DNA from: Vicugna vicugna
Lineage: Eukaryota
NCBI GenBank assembly: GCA_013265495.1
Contig: MU058065.1
Coordinates: 7,564,302 to 7,628,301, forward strand
Direction: 5' to 3'
Length of the DNA stretch: 64,000 nucleotides
Positions 38,341 through 52,144 of this stretch are shown piece by piece (position 1 is the stretch's first letter; each line of letters begins with the position of its first letter). The notes under the pieces were generated by a model that saw nothing but the letters and a program-made list of their open reading frames with translations, was not told where the DNA came from and did no database searches. Both the position numbers and the translations under genes were made by a program.

Positions 38341-38489
38341 TTGCATCAATTCTCCTCGCTGTTAAGACCTGACATAGGGTCCAACATTTTTGACATTAGG
38401 AAGACTTTCATGGTGACTCTCTCTGCTACTTATGCTCACGTTGTTCTCTTTCCAAAGAACAGTTATAATCCTTAGCCACAACATTAGGC

Positions 38490-38630
38490 CTGAGAATGAG
38501 GAGACTTACTTTTGGTTCTGATCCCCAAACTGAATTGCCAAGTGAACTTTCTGGGACTTTGCTTCCTCATATGTAAAATAAGTGCTTTGAACGCTATAAG
38601 ATCCCTTCCAGCTCCAGAATCCCGTGACCT
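38490..38630 (+). mobile_element. MIR3-like SINE
   Basis: tttgcttcctcatatgtaaaata...taagatcccttccagctccagaatcc. Confidence 0.7.
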
Positions 38631-39054
38631 GAATACAACGATGCATTTAGTAGCATGGACACTTTCTGAGGTTGGCATCCATGTGTTGACCTTCCCTGTG
38701 TCTTTCATGGCATCTACTAGAGAGAGTGGGGCTCAAAATAGGCTGAGCAATTATGTGTTTATTGATGATGGTTGTGGTATTGTGGTATAGATATTGTGGA
38801 ATATCTGTCTCAGGATATTGAGGAATCCCACAAAAAAATCTGCTTTTAAGTACTTCCCAATGGCCATGGTGCAAGAGGATGAAAAAGATATGCTTAGACT
38901 TCCAGCAAATTTTTGAAATGCATCTATTTCTGAGTTGAAAATAAGTTAAACACTTTAATATTTTCCAAAGGAAATGGTTTCCTGAAAGTAATTGGAAAGC
39001 TATTTTCACACAAGAAAGAGAGATACAAAAAAAAAAAAACCCACTTGCAAAACC

Positions 39055-39360
39055 TTGAAATCTTATCACACCTAGGTACTCGGGCTCTGGAAGCACTTCC
39101 CCCCTCTTGGTTGTGGTTCACACCTCGGTCACAGAACCGAAATACCTTGTGACCTCACTGCAGAGGCAGGCTAAGGATGTGTGAATATTAGCTGCTGCAA
39201 AGTTGGCGCGAGGACCAGGGCGGGAGCCTTTCTGTGTTCTGGAAGAGGGTAGAAGAGCCGCTCTAGGGCCATCTCTGAGCCCAGGGAAGGTCAAAAACAG
39301 TGGTTGGTGAGCAAAGCAGCTGCTGGAAGTGGAAGCAGCTAGAGGTGGAAGCGATCTGTC
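39055..39360. promoter_or_regulatory. candidate enhancer / alternative promoter (GATA, ETS/PU.1, RUNX, GC box)
   Basis: cttatca 39062-39068, cacttcccc 39094-39102, tgtggtt 39112-39118, gggcggga ~39218, cagctg, ggaagtggaag; local CpG excess. Confidence 0.45.
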
Positions 39361-40199
39361 ACAGTATATAGAATTCACAAGATCTGAGTGGAACTGCCAT
39401 CTTTGTCTACATCACTCCTTTTACCGACCTAACCTAGACAGATTGTTGGGACTTAGGACCCGGAATAAATCAAAAAGAGACCTCTAGCATTTCAGTGTGG
39501 TACATGTCCACACTTCGTGCTCTCTCTTTTTTTTTTTTTAACACAAGAGCATTTTTACTATCTAATCTAATTCCTTCTTGTTGCATTTATTCTTTATTAT
39601 GTCATGGTCACATTTTTTAGCCAGCAATATAGGTTGGAGAAATAGTTAAGAGGGTAGATTCTTGTAGGTGCCACACTCTTTTACATTTGGCACAGTATCT
39701 ATATTCAGTTAATGTCCTCCTTCCCCTCACACATATGTACCTCAAGCCCCCTTTGAGAGTCAATTCTTTCTATTACTTACATAAGTAAACCAAGGACCAA
39801 GATGCAGAGCCCTCAGCTGCGTGAAGAAAGTCTGTGAGTAAGAAGAGCTAGATCTGTTACTCAAAAGCTGAGAGACTTTCTCTAAAAATGAGTCCTTGGG
39901 TGTGCAATCCAGCATGTGGTCAAAGCAGAGAAGACACAGGGCTAACACAGGTCTAGGACTCATACATTCATATACCCACAAGAGAATACTAAAATAATGG
40001 CTACCTCTGTCACTTGCCTCCTCCTTATCCCCCACCAACCAAGGCTACAAAGATTCTCAGAAAAACACACAGACATTGAAGTGTGGAAGAAACCACATCA
40101 GAAATGAACCAGATAAACACCATTAAGAGCAAGGCTAGGCAGGACTTTTCAACAGTGTGTCAAATTATTCTATGAATACTTTTTAAATCTCCACAGTTT

Positions 40200-40667
40200 T
40201 GCAGCACTAGGATGACAAATTGATTGCATTGATGTCTCCACTTTTTCACTATAACTGCTGTGAGAAAGATGTTCTAACTGATCCCTTCTCTCTGGGCTTA
40301 GCCATGTGACTTGCTTTGGCCAAAGGGAGTTAGCAAGCAAGACCCAAGTGGAGTCTTGCAAATAGCTGTAAATTGGTGTTTGCTTTCTTGCCATTCTTGT
40401 TCCTTGGCCACGAACATGAGGCTATCCCTGGGCTAACCTGCTGGAGGAATGTGAGATACTTGTGGGGGAAGGTTAAGTTTTCCCAGCCAAAGCATCCTAG
40501 TGTGGTCTGAAGTTGATAACCACTCCGTGAGTTCAAAGAAACTTAGCAGAGGCTGGCTCAGCAGAGCTCCCCAGCCAACCCATAGACTCATGATACGTAG
40601 TAAACATTTGTTGCTTCAAGCAACTGGATTTTGCTAACATTTGTTACACAATAGCTTGACTGACACA
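40200..40667 (+). mobile_element. MLT1 (H/I-like) solo LTR
   Basis: gggcttagccatgtgacttgctttggccaa...tgttgcttcaagcaactg...gactgacaca. Confidence 0.85.
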
Positions 40668-41469
40668 ACTTCTGATTATGATGAGAGAAGACAGAAGAGA
40701 AATGTTAGAAGAGTAAGCACAAACACTAGCAAGACAGCTTGCCTCAGTGTCTCTATGACAGAAGGAAATGTAACACTGTGGTACTAGAGAAAACATCTCC
40801 TTTTGCTTTCCTTCTGCTCATCCACTCTCACCCCATCCTATGCAGTATATTTGCTGAAATTAATCTTTATATGTTTCAATTTGTGTGTGTTTGACAGTAA
40901 TCATGGTGTACTCATGACCAGAGCTAAAATGAGTGTTCAAGAAGTATACTTGCAATCAGGCTGTAAGCTCACCCTGAAAGGACCTAAAATTGGATTTGAG
41001 AATTTAGCCTAGCCTGTCAGATCTCTTTGATCTTGCTTTTTGGGCTTATGAGCCTCATGCCCCACTTCAGATAAAGCGGCAGGTATTTGGCACTTTTCCT
41101 AACCATTCAGAGGGACCAAGTCTAGGACAGTCAGTGGCAGGCTTTTACAAAGGACATCAGATAGACTGAAGAGTAAGGTGGTTGAGGGAAAGAGGAAGAA
41201 GAACAAGGGAAAAATAACAAAGAAGAGTTTATATTTCTGCTATCTAAAGAATCAAATGCTTTTCTAGCAGTTTCTAAGTGGAACGTACTTATTGCTTTGC
41301 CAGGAAAGCTCTTCACAGATTAAAGCCTTAGCTGGATGGTGGTGCAGGGTGTGTCCCAACCATCCTTCTGATGCAGAGCATGCCTTTTTTTTTTTTTAAC
41401 GTCCTAGAGCTACTGATGAGAAACACCTCCTTCTTGGCCTCATATTCCTCCTACTTCATCCAGAGCCAA

Positions 41470-41926
41470 TGTAGTAAATAACAAAAATGTCCATAATTCT
41501 TTGCAGTTGGCTCCCATCAAATAGTGGAGTCCACTCTTCACCCCTTGAAATCATGATTGGCCAGCTGACTTGTTTTCACCAATGAGATATTAGCAAATGT
41601 GATACAACAGAAGTTTGGTAAGAATTTGCATTTAGGAGCTTGCTCTCTTGCTTTCTTGGAATCTGGACCCCCACATGTACAAGCCTGGATTATCCTTCAG
41701 GAAGATAAGAGACAAGCAGCATACTTGTCCCAATCAACAATCAGCCAAACCCAAGAAGCAGACTGACTTAGCTGACCAACAGCTGACTAAAAGCACAGAG
41801 TACACCCAACTAAGACCAGCAGAAGAACGCCTAGCTGAGCTTCATCTAAACTGATGAACCACAATTTAGTTAAATACGTAGTTACTGTTTTGTTCTACTT
41901 AGTTTGAGGGGAAAGCTAACTGTTAC
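41470..41926 (+). mobile_element. MLT1 (G/H-like) solo LTR
   Basis: tgtagtaaataacaaaaatgtccataattct...caatgagatattagcaaatgtgat...aaagctaactgttac. Confidence 0.85.
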
Positions 41927-42461
41927 GACCACTTACAGAGAGCAGAGTTTTCCCAAGGCAAGAGATTTTCACAAAATTAAACAACCAGAAGACAGAGTCA
42001 TTTTGAATTGCAGGCTGAGGTTTATTAAACACTCAGTATAATTTCTGTAATCATCCTCCAGATGGCATTTAGAGAAAGATAAGTAATAGAGAGTGTTTAT
42101 AAACACCTTTGGAAAGTTTTACATCTTGGGAATTTTTCTCATCAAGATTAGATGTATCTGAAGTGTGTGCATAATCAGACTACATGTTAAATAAAAGCAA
42201 TTGGTCAATAGGCTGCATAGACAATGAGAGACTTCTCTGGCCCTGAGGTCAGCCATCACAGAGTGACCACTATGTTCCAGGCACTTCACATAAATTTTAT
42301 GTAATCACTATTATCTTACTTTACATAGGGAAAAAATGATGATAAGGAAGGTTAGACAACAGTTTTGAAATGTTTGGATCCAAGATCAGAGGACTTTCTA
42401 CTACACCACATCGCTTCTCCATGTCCTGAACCAAAGAAAGTGATGAACAAAAAAGATTCAG

Positions 42462-42711
42462 GGAGAAAAGGAGTAACAAGGGATAAATTGGGAGTTCAAG
42501 ATTTACAGATACTAACTTCTATATATAAAATAGATAAACAACAGGTCTTTATAGCACAGGGAACTATATTCTGTATCTTGTAGTAACCTATAATGAAAAA
42601 GAATATGAAAGGGGATATATATATATACATATATGTATGACTGAAACATTATGCTATATACCAGAATTGATGCAACCTTGTAAACTGATTGTATTCAATA
42701 AAATTTTTTTT
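42462..42711 (+). mobile_element. young L1 3' UTR fragment with TSD
   Basis: gggataaattgggagttcaagatttacag...aataaa; TSD aaaagattcag 42451-42461 / aaaagactcag 42712-42722. Confidence 0.92.
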
Positions 42712-42839
42712 AAAAGACTCAGTATGATGAACTGAATGGAACACAATTTATCCTGGAAATTCATTCAGGGTTGTCTAGATATCAACTAAGATAAGGGTTC
42801 CCTCCATCCAGTGAAAGGAAAAAGTAAATAAAATAAATG

Positions 42840-45024
42840 ATGCACAGACAATAGAGAAATTATCATTCTACAGATGTTACAGGTATTAAAAGGATGATAA
42901 GAATATTATGAACAAACGTATGCCAAAAATCTTACAACTTAAAGGGAAAAGTATCTCTAAAAATACAAAAAGAAAAATAGAAATTTTGAACAGCTCTTTG
43001 TGTATTAAAGAAATTGAATTCACAATAAGAAAACTTCTGTAAGAAATTCCCATACCCAGATGTTTTTCCTTGTGAATTCTGTCAAAAAAATTAAAAGATA
43101 AATAATATCAGTTATATACAAACCATTTCAGAAAATAAAGAAAAGGAAACACCCTCTAATTTGTTTTAAGAGTGTAGTGTAACTCTGATGTCAAAATTAT
43201 CAAGCGTTGAAGATTTTGATAGAAAAGAAAATTACTGACCACTATCTCCCACCTCTAACATTGACACAAAAATCCTTGAAAATGGCTAACTAAATTTAAA
43301 ATTAGCAAATCAAATTGAGCAATATACAAAAAAACCAAGTGATATTTATCCTAGGAATGCAATGTTAATTGGACATTCAAATTCACTACATTAATAAAAT
43401 AAAGAAAAACCCAATTACATTATGACTTTAATAGATTCAAAGAAAAGGTGTTTGAAAAAAATTTATTACTTATTTACGATTGAAAAAACTCTCAGGAAAC
43501 TAGAAATAGAGGGAATTTCTTCAACCTGATAAAGAGCACCCCTCACTGAAAATTCCCAAACAAGGTACAAAAAAAAATAACTTTTTACTACAGATACCAT
43601 ATAAATTATGAAATATTATACATGTTCTCCCTAAGTTTGGAAACAAGACAGTAATGACTAACATAACCATTTTTTTCAATATTGTACTGAACATTTAAGA
43701 TAGTACAATAAGGCAAGACAAGAAACTTAAAAATGTACAGATGGAAAAGAAAGAAGTAAAATCATCTTGATTTGCAGATGCTAGAATCATTTATGTTTTT
43801 TAAAAAAATACCCTAAGGAATCTATAAAACAAGCACTAGAGCTAGGAAGTAAACTTAGCAAGTTTGCAGGGTACAAGGCCAACACACACACACACACACA
43901 CAAATCAATTATAGCAGAACAAAATTGGAAAATGTAAATTAGAAATCCTTTTCCAGCAGCATATAAAAGCATAAAATATTTTGAAGTAAACTTGACAAAA
44001 GATATGCAAGACCACTACGCTGGGAACTATTGAACAGGACTGAGAAAAATAAAAGGAGACTGAAATAAATGGAGAGATATTCTCTGTACATGGATTGAAA
44101 GACTTAACACTGTTTGATATCAATTTTTTCCAAATTGATTTACAGATTAAAAAACCCAGCAGTCTTTTTGTAGACATTAATTTCTAATACATAAATACAA
44201 ATAGCTAGAATAGCCAAAAATACTTGAGAATAAAAAAAAAAAAAAAACAGAAACAGCACAAGTTTAGGTAACACATTATTTCAGAACTTACTGCTTAGCT
44301 TTGGCAATTAATGCAGTGTGGTATTGATATAAAGATGAGCAACTCAATAAAAGCTGTGAAATAAAAATATAAAATATAAAAATAAAAAGCACAGAAATAG
44401 ACTAACACATATATGTAAATTGATATTCACAAAAAACACTCAGGAAATTTAATGAGGAAAAATTATGGTGGTGAAACAAATACGTGGAAAACAGTGAACT
44501 ACAACACCTACCTCACAACATATACAAAATTATTTGAATTGAATCATAGACTTAAGTGTAAAAACTAAAGCTGTAAATTTCTAGAAGGAAACATAGTAGA
44601 ATATCTTTACAACCTTTGGGTAGGCAATAATTTTTTGGAGAGAAAACAGAAGTCTAACTATAAATGAAGAAATGATCAACTGGACTTCATGACACACCAC
44701 CTACAAAAGAGAAATAAACAAACAAAAGATCTCTGCACTTCAAAAGTCATCATAAAGAAAAGAAAGTAGGAGAAAATATCTGCAATGCATATATAAAGAC
44801 AAAGAACTCATCCAGAATTTATAAAGAAATTTTACAAAAGAATTGAAATACAAACCACCCAATAAAAATGAGAAAATAAAGACTAAATTATAATACGTTG
44901 ACAAGGATAATCCTGGTGAGAATATGGAGAAACCAGAACATGCATACATTGCTGGTGAAAGCATAAAATGGTATATCCACTTGAAAAAAATTGTTGGATA
45001 TTTCTCATAAAATTAAACATACAT
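42840..45024 (+). mobile_element. old L1M (L1MD/ME-like) ORF2, 5' part of the outer element
   Basis: Degenerate reverse-transcriptase and C-terminal regions (aaactagaaatagagggaatttcttcaacctgataaag; atttgcagatg; catggattgaaagacttaac). Confidence 0.85.
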
Positions 45025-45172
45025 AGAGTGATGTGGAAAAAGTAGCAGAGTAAGGATCTTTGAAAATTTTCTCCTCCATAAAGGCAATGAGAAAAGTTGC
45101 AAAGAATGTCAGAATCAATCTTTTGGAACTCTGAAAATTAATGAAATATTTACAGCAATCTGATGAGCATTT

Positions 45173-45207
<35 letters not shown>

Positions 45208-48200
45208 TAGCTAAATCTTGGTAAGAACGATGAGCTTTGTCCTGTTTTAATTTGCCTTATTTCCATCCTTGTCTCTCTAGTACCGCGTAGCCCTGAAAAT
45301 CAAAATCCCACATTCTCCATAAAAACCAGCAGCCTGGTAGCCACCAGAGAGGGCACAACAAGGGTTAGAGTTACTTCAACCTAATTCCCAGAGAAGTGTC
45401 ATTATGTGTCCTGGTGGTTCCCTGGAAGATCTCTCTTGTAAGGTTGAGCGTATTTGACCTGACTTGGAGCTTTTCCAATACAAAAAGCCTTTCTCCAGAA
45501 ATGTTTGTTGAAAACAATTAGGACGAATTATTTATTTTTGTGATTGCTTGAGGTACTGGATAACAGCTGGGGCAAACAATAGTCTAAACCAAAAGTTTAG
45601 GAGGAAAATCTGGGGGAAAAGATGTGATCAGGGGATTTGAAAATCGGGGCTTTGAAAATCTCTGACATATTCCTGGGAACCTAGAAAGCTAAATGTATGT
45701 GCATAGTTGTGCACATTTCAAGGGTCATGTGCATGCCCAGGAAAGATGTGAGAAGGACATAAACTCTCACCTCTGGCTGACCTTGAGGCTCTGAGCTGGC
45801 AGGAAGTGAAGGCTGAGGCAGAGGTGCAACCTGCCTGACTCTGTACTGAAAGAATACTCCGTTATGAATGCAGAGCACCCTGGCAAACACTGGAAGCCTC
45901 ACTGGTTCCAGTCATTTAAATAAATCTCAGTCAAATCATTACCTGACCCCTGAGATAACTGAACAGAGGCTTTTGTGGCTACACATGACAAGAATATAGA
46001 TTTTATAGAATTAGTTCACAAAAGGCAATACACAAAAAAATGATAAATGGCAACAACAAACCCTCAGGAGAGGGGAGATTTGATTTTCAATTTTCATATT
46101 ATATTATTTAAAATACCTAGTTTTTGGCAAAAAAAAAAAGATGAGGCATACAAAGAAATTATGGTCCATACACAAGAAAAGTCAATTAATAAAAACTGTC
46201 CCTGAAGAAATACAGATATTGGGATTACTAGGCAAAGACTTTAATTCAGCTGTGTGAAATATGCTCAAAGAATGAAAGGAAATCACTCTTTTAGGAAATT
46301 AAATAAATTAATATTAATAGAGAATATTAATAAAGAGATGGAAATTATTTTTAAAAAAGGGCCAAAAAGAGATTCTGAGTTTGAAAAGTACAACAACTGA
46401 AATAAAAAAAAAATATACTAGAGGGTTCAACAGTATATTTCAGCAGACAGAACACAGAATCAGAAACTTGAAGATAGGTCAACTGAAGTTATTCAGTCTA
46501 AAGAATGGAAAGAAAAAGAACAAAGAAAAAGGAACAGAGGCTCAGAGACCAGTGAGACACCAGTAACAATATGAACCCCAGAAGGAGAAGACAGAAAGGG
46601 GCAGAAACACTTTTTTAAGAATGCCCAAAGCCCTCCAAATATGATGAAAAATATTAACATACACATCCAAGAAACTTAAGGAACTCCAAGTAGGATAAAC
46701 AGAAAGAGATACACACCTAGACAAATAATTAAACTGTTGAAAGTGACAACCAAAGAAGCATTATTGAAAACAGGAAGAGAAAATTGACTTGTTATGCACA
46801 AGTTATCTTCAGTATAATTAACAACTGGTTTCTCATTAAAAGCCCTGGAAGCCAAAAGTCAATAAGATAATATATTAAAAGTATTGAAGAAAAAATATTT
46901 TCAACCAAGAATTCAATATTCAGCAAAATTCAAGCAATTCTCCAAGGAAGAAATACAAATGATCAATAGGCACATGAAAAAATGCTCAATATCATTAATT
47001 AACAGAGAAATGCAAATCAAAACTACAATGAGGTATCACCTCACACCAGTCCGAATGACCATTATTCAAAAATCCACAAATGACAAATGCTGGAGAGGCT
47101 GTGGAGAAAGGGGAACCCTCCTACACTGCTGGTGGAAATGCAGTTTGGTGCAGTCACTGTGGAATACAGTATGGAGGTTCCTCAAAAGACTAGGACTAGA
47201 CTTACTGTATGACCCAGGAATCCCGCTCCTGGGCATATATCCAGAAGGAACCCTACTTCAAAATGACACCTGCACCCCAATGTTCATAGCAGCACTATTC
47301 ACAATAGCCAAGACATGGAAACAGATTAAATGTCCAACAACAGATGACTGGATAAAGAAGTGGTATATTTATACAGTGGAATACTGCTCAGCCATAAAAA
47401 AGAATAAAATAATGCCATTTGCAGCAACATGGATGCTCCTGGAGATCGTCATACTAAGTGAAGTAAGCCAGAAAGAGAAAGAAAAATACCATATGAGACC
47501 ACTCATATGTGGAACCTAAAAAAAAAAAAAAACAAACAAAGCATAAATACAAAACAGAAATAGACTCATAGACATAGAATACAAACTTGTGGTTGCCAAG
47601 GGGGTGAAACGTGGAAAGGGATAGACTGGGATTTCAAAATTGTAGAATAGATAAACAAGATTATACTGTATAGCACAGGGAAATATATACAAGATCTTAT
47701 GTAGCTCACAGAGAAAAAAATGTGACAATGAATATATATATGTTCATGTATAACTGAAAAATTGTGCTCTACACTGGAATTTGACACAACACTGTAAAAT
47801 GATTATAAATCAATAAAAAATATTAAAAAAAAATGAATGAGAAGTTGATGCAAGATAAATAAAAACTGAGAGAATACTTTGCTAGGAGACCTGCCCTACA
47901 AGAAATGTTAAAGGGAGTTCTTCAGGATGAAATGAAAGGTCACTAGAGAGGAACTCAGATTCACATGAAGAAACAAAGAGTACAAATAAAGGTAACTACA
48001 TAGGTAAATATACGGCAGTACAAATGTACTTTTGAAACTCTTTTGTTCTCCTATTTGATACAGCTACGTAAAGTGATAGTTATAATGTGTGGATATACAC
48101 ACAATATATAAAGATATAATTTGTATGAAAATAATAGCACAAAAGAGGGGGAGTGAATAAAGCTATATAGCAACAAAGTTTTTGTATATTATTAAATTAA

Positions 48201-51200
48201 GTTGGTATTAATTGAAAGTAATTAATTGATTTAAGATACTAATTGTAATTCCTAGAGTAGTCACTAAGAAAAAACTCCAAAATATGTAAAAAAGGAATGA
48301 CAAGGAAATTAAATTGGTACACTAGAATACATCTATTTAACCTCAAAGAAAGCAACAATGGAAGAACAGAGGAATAAAAAAAGCATAAGTCATATACAAC
48401 TAATAGGAAAATGACAGACATAAATTCTACCTTATCAGTAATTACCTAAAATGTACATGAATTAAACACTTCAATTAAAAGGCAAAGGTCAGCAGAATGG
48501 ATTAAAATTATGATTGAAATATATATTATCTACAAAAGACACACTTTAGATTCAAAGACAAAAATAGTTTGATAGTAAGAGAATGGAAAAATATATACCA
48601 TGCAAACAGTGACTAAAAGAGAGTTTGAGTGGCCATAGTAATAGTACATAAAATAGACTTCAAGGTAAAAATTTTACTGGAAACAAAGGACATTTTGTAA
48701 CAAGAAAAGGGACAGTCTATTAAGAAGATACAACAATTATAAATACATATGCACCTAACAGCAAAGCCACAAAAAGCAAAAAAACAAAATTGATAATTCA
48801 GTGATAATAAGTAAAGATTTCAATAAGTATTATTCTAAAACATAAATAACCTAGATGAAACAGACAGATTCCTAGAAAAACACAAAGTACCAAAGTGACT
48901 CAAGAAGAAATAGAAAGTTTGAATGGAATTATAACAAGTGATAGAATTATTAATAAAAAAATTTCTACAAAGAAAAACTCAGGGCCAGATTGCTTCACTG
49001 GTAAATTTTATCAAGTGTTTAAAGAATTAACACTCATCTTTCACAAAATTTTTCAGAAAATGAAGAGGATAGATCACTTCTCATATTCTATGAGGTCAGT
49101 GTTAACTTGATACCAAAACCAGGCAAAGACATTACAAAGAAAGAAACACACAGACTAATATCCTTTATGAATATAGATATAAGAGCCCTCAACAAAATAC
49201 TAACAAACTTATTATAGAAACAAGTAAAAAGGATTATACACTGTGATGAAACATGATTTATCCCCCAAATTTAAGCTTTGTTCAATATATGAAAATCAAT
49301 GTCACATGTGATATTAATGAAGAACAAAAATCTCATATCATGTAAATAAATGAAAAAATTATTTTACAAAATCCAACATCTTTTCATGATACACACACTT
49401 AACAAACTAGGGATAAAAGGGAGTTTAGTCAATTGATCAAGAACATCCATGAGCACATTAAGGTTACATCACACTAACAGTGAAATACGGAAGCTTTCCT
49501 TCTCAGCTCAAGACAAGGCAAGGATATCCACTCTTGGTACCTCTGTTCAACATTGTACTGGAAATTCTGGCCAGGGAAATCAATCAAGAAAAAGAAATAA
49601 GACATTTAGACTGGAAAGGAGAAGTAAAACTATATTTACAGATGACATGATGTTGTACTTAGAAAATTTTAAGAAATACACACACACACACACACACACA
49701 CACAAATGATTAGAAATAATTAATGAATTCCAAAATTTTGTATGCTATAAGATCAATATACAAAATTCAATTATATTACTATACACTAGCAATAAACAAT
49801 ATGAAAATAAAATTAAGAAAATGATTCATTTATGATAATATTATAAAAATTAAATTCTTAAGAATATATTTAACAAAATAAGTGCAATTCTTGCACAGTA
49901 AACATTACAAAATGTCACAAAAAGATCTAAGTTAGTGAAAAGGTATCTATGCTCCTGGATTGCAAGACAATATAGTTAAGAGGGCAATATTCTCCAAATT
50001 GATCTCTGGATACAATGCAATCCCTATTAAATCCCAGCTTTCCTCCTGTTGAAATTGACAAACAAATCCTAAAATTCACGTGGAGATACAAGAAACCCAG
50101 AATAACCAACACAATCTTGAAAAAGAACAACATTGGAAAGCTCACACTTTCCAATTTAAAAAGTTACTACATATCTACAGTAATCAAGACTGTGTGACAA
50201 TGGCACAAGGGTCAACATGTAAATCATGACATTAATTTGAGAATCTAGAAATAAATCCATAAATTTATGGCCAATTTGTTTTCAACAAGCATGTCAAAAC
50301 ATTCAATGGGGTTGAAAGAATAGTCTTGAGCAAATAATGTTGGGACAACTGGATAGCCTCAAGCAAAAAAATAAAACTGAACCTCTGCCTAACAGCATCC
50401 AACAATTAACTCAAGATGAAAAAAAAAAGTAAATTGAATAGTTAAAAATTTTAAAAATGCTCTTCAAAGAAAATATAAGAATAAATATTACCTTAGATTA
50501 GACAATAATTACCTAGATATGACAATGAAAGCACAAGCAATGAAAGAAAAAGATAGATAAATTGGACTTCAAAATCTTGCTTCAAAGGATATTACCAAAA
50601 AAATGAAAATACTATCCACAGATTGGGAGAAATTTTTACAAATCACATATCTGACGAGTGTCTAGTATTCAAAACTTTTACAACAACTCAACAATGCAAA
50701 AGCAAGTAATCTATTAAAAATGGGTAAAATCATCTCCATAGAAGATGTATAAATGGCCAATAAGCACGTAAAAGAATGCTCAACATCATTAGTCATTACA
50801 GAAATACAAATCCAAACCACAACAAAATTCTACTTCATACCCACTAGGTTGGCTATAATGAAAATATCGGAGTCCTCATACATTGCTGGAGGAATATAAA
50901 ATGGTAAAGCTGCTTTGGAAAACAGTTTGGCATTTCCTCAAAAAGTTAAACATAGATTTACCATATGGCCCAGAAATTTCACTCCTAGTTGTATATCCAA
51001 GAGAACTGAAAAAATAGACTCACACAAAAATTTGTACATAAATATTCATTACAGTCCACCTTAAAATAGCCAAAAAAGTAGAAACAATGCAAATGTTCAA
51101 CTGATGAATGAATAAACAAAATATGGTGTGCCCATGCACTGGAATCTTATTCAGCCATAAAATGAATGAAGTGTTTATACATGTTACAGCATGGATAAGT

Positions 51201-51528
51201 CTTGAAAACATTATATTAAGTGAAAGAAGCCAGACACAAAAGGGCACATACTGTATTATTCTGTTTATATGAAATGTCCAGAAAAGGCAAACACATAGGG
51301 AAAGAAAGTAAATTAGTAGTTGTCAAGTAGCTGTCAGGGACTTAGGGAGGAAGGAATGAGGACTGACTGGTAACAGGTATGGGGCTTATTTGGAGGGTGA
51401 TGAAAATATTCTGAATTAGATAGCAGTTATCATTACACAACTTTGTAAATACACTAAAAGCTACTGAGTAATTCATTTAAAAGTGTGAATTTTATGGTTT
51501 GTAAACTATATCTCAGTAAATAAAAATG
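45025..51528 (+). mobile_element. near-full-length decayed L1MB7/8-like element (5' UTR, ORF1, ORF2 with internal deletion, 3' UTR)
   Basis: 5' start agagtgatgtggaaaaagtagcagagtaagga; ORF1 remnants ~46.2-48.0 kb (QPRIQYSAK, agacctgccctacaagaaatg); endonuclease/RT remnants 48.4-51.0 kb; L1MB-type 3' UTR; TSD core ttaaacata 45013-45021 / 51529-51537. Confidence 0.85.
46932..47833 (+). mobile_element. young lineage-specific L1 3' end with open ORF2 C-terminal cysteine-rich domain
   Basis: ORF 46884-47519 reads ...[10 protein letters not shown]...[16 protein letters not shown]...[19 protein letters not shown]...; followed by 3' UTR, aataaa and A-tail. Confidence 0.97.
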
Positions 51529-52090
51529 TTAAACATATACCTTCCCTAAGACCCAGTAATTCCACTCTTAACATATTGATTTAAGAGAAAATAAATCATG
51601 CATCTGCAAAAAAACTTGTATGAGGATGTTCATGGCAGCTTTGTTCATGTCATCCAAAAACTAGAATTGGTCCAAATGTCTACAACCAGAAGAATGAATA
51701 AATAAATTGTGGTACATTCATACAGTGGTATATTATATAGCAATAAAAAATAATTAACTATAGCCAAAAAATTAAAAAACCTGTTAAGCTGAATGAGAGA
51801 AGATGGACTGAAAAACAGTAAACATTAAGTAATTAATAATAAACTTTTCTGAAATTTAAAAACAGGCAGTAGCAACATATGGTGGTACAAATCAAAGGTG
51901 TTTTCTTATGGGATGTAGGGTTTATTGGAAGGGCATGAGGAAAATGTTGAAGGTGATTGAAATGTTCTGAATATTGATTGTAATGGTAGCTATATGGATA
52001 TATATACATTAACCAAACCTCATCAAATTTTACAGTGAAGTGATGTGCATTTCATTGTATATAAATTTTACATAATTTTTTTAAAGTTAA
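51529..52090 (+). mobile_element. old L1M (L1MD/ME-like) 3' part of the outer element
   Basis: Resumes ttaaacatataccttccctaagacccagtaattccactc at the point where the outer element broke at 45024; L1ME-type 3' UTR. Confidence 0.85.
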
Positions 52091-52144
52091 AAAATATTTA
52101 AGGACTGCAATCAAACGTAAGACCAATAAGAAAGCCAGAGGGTT

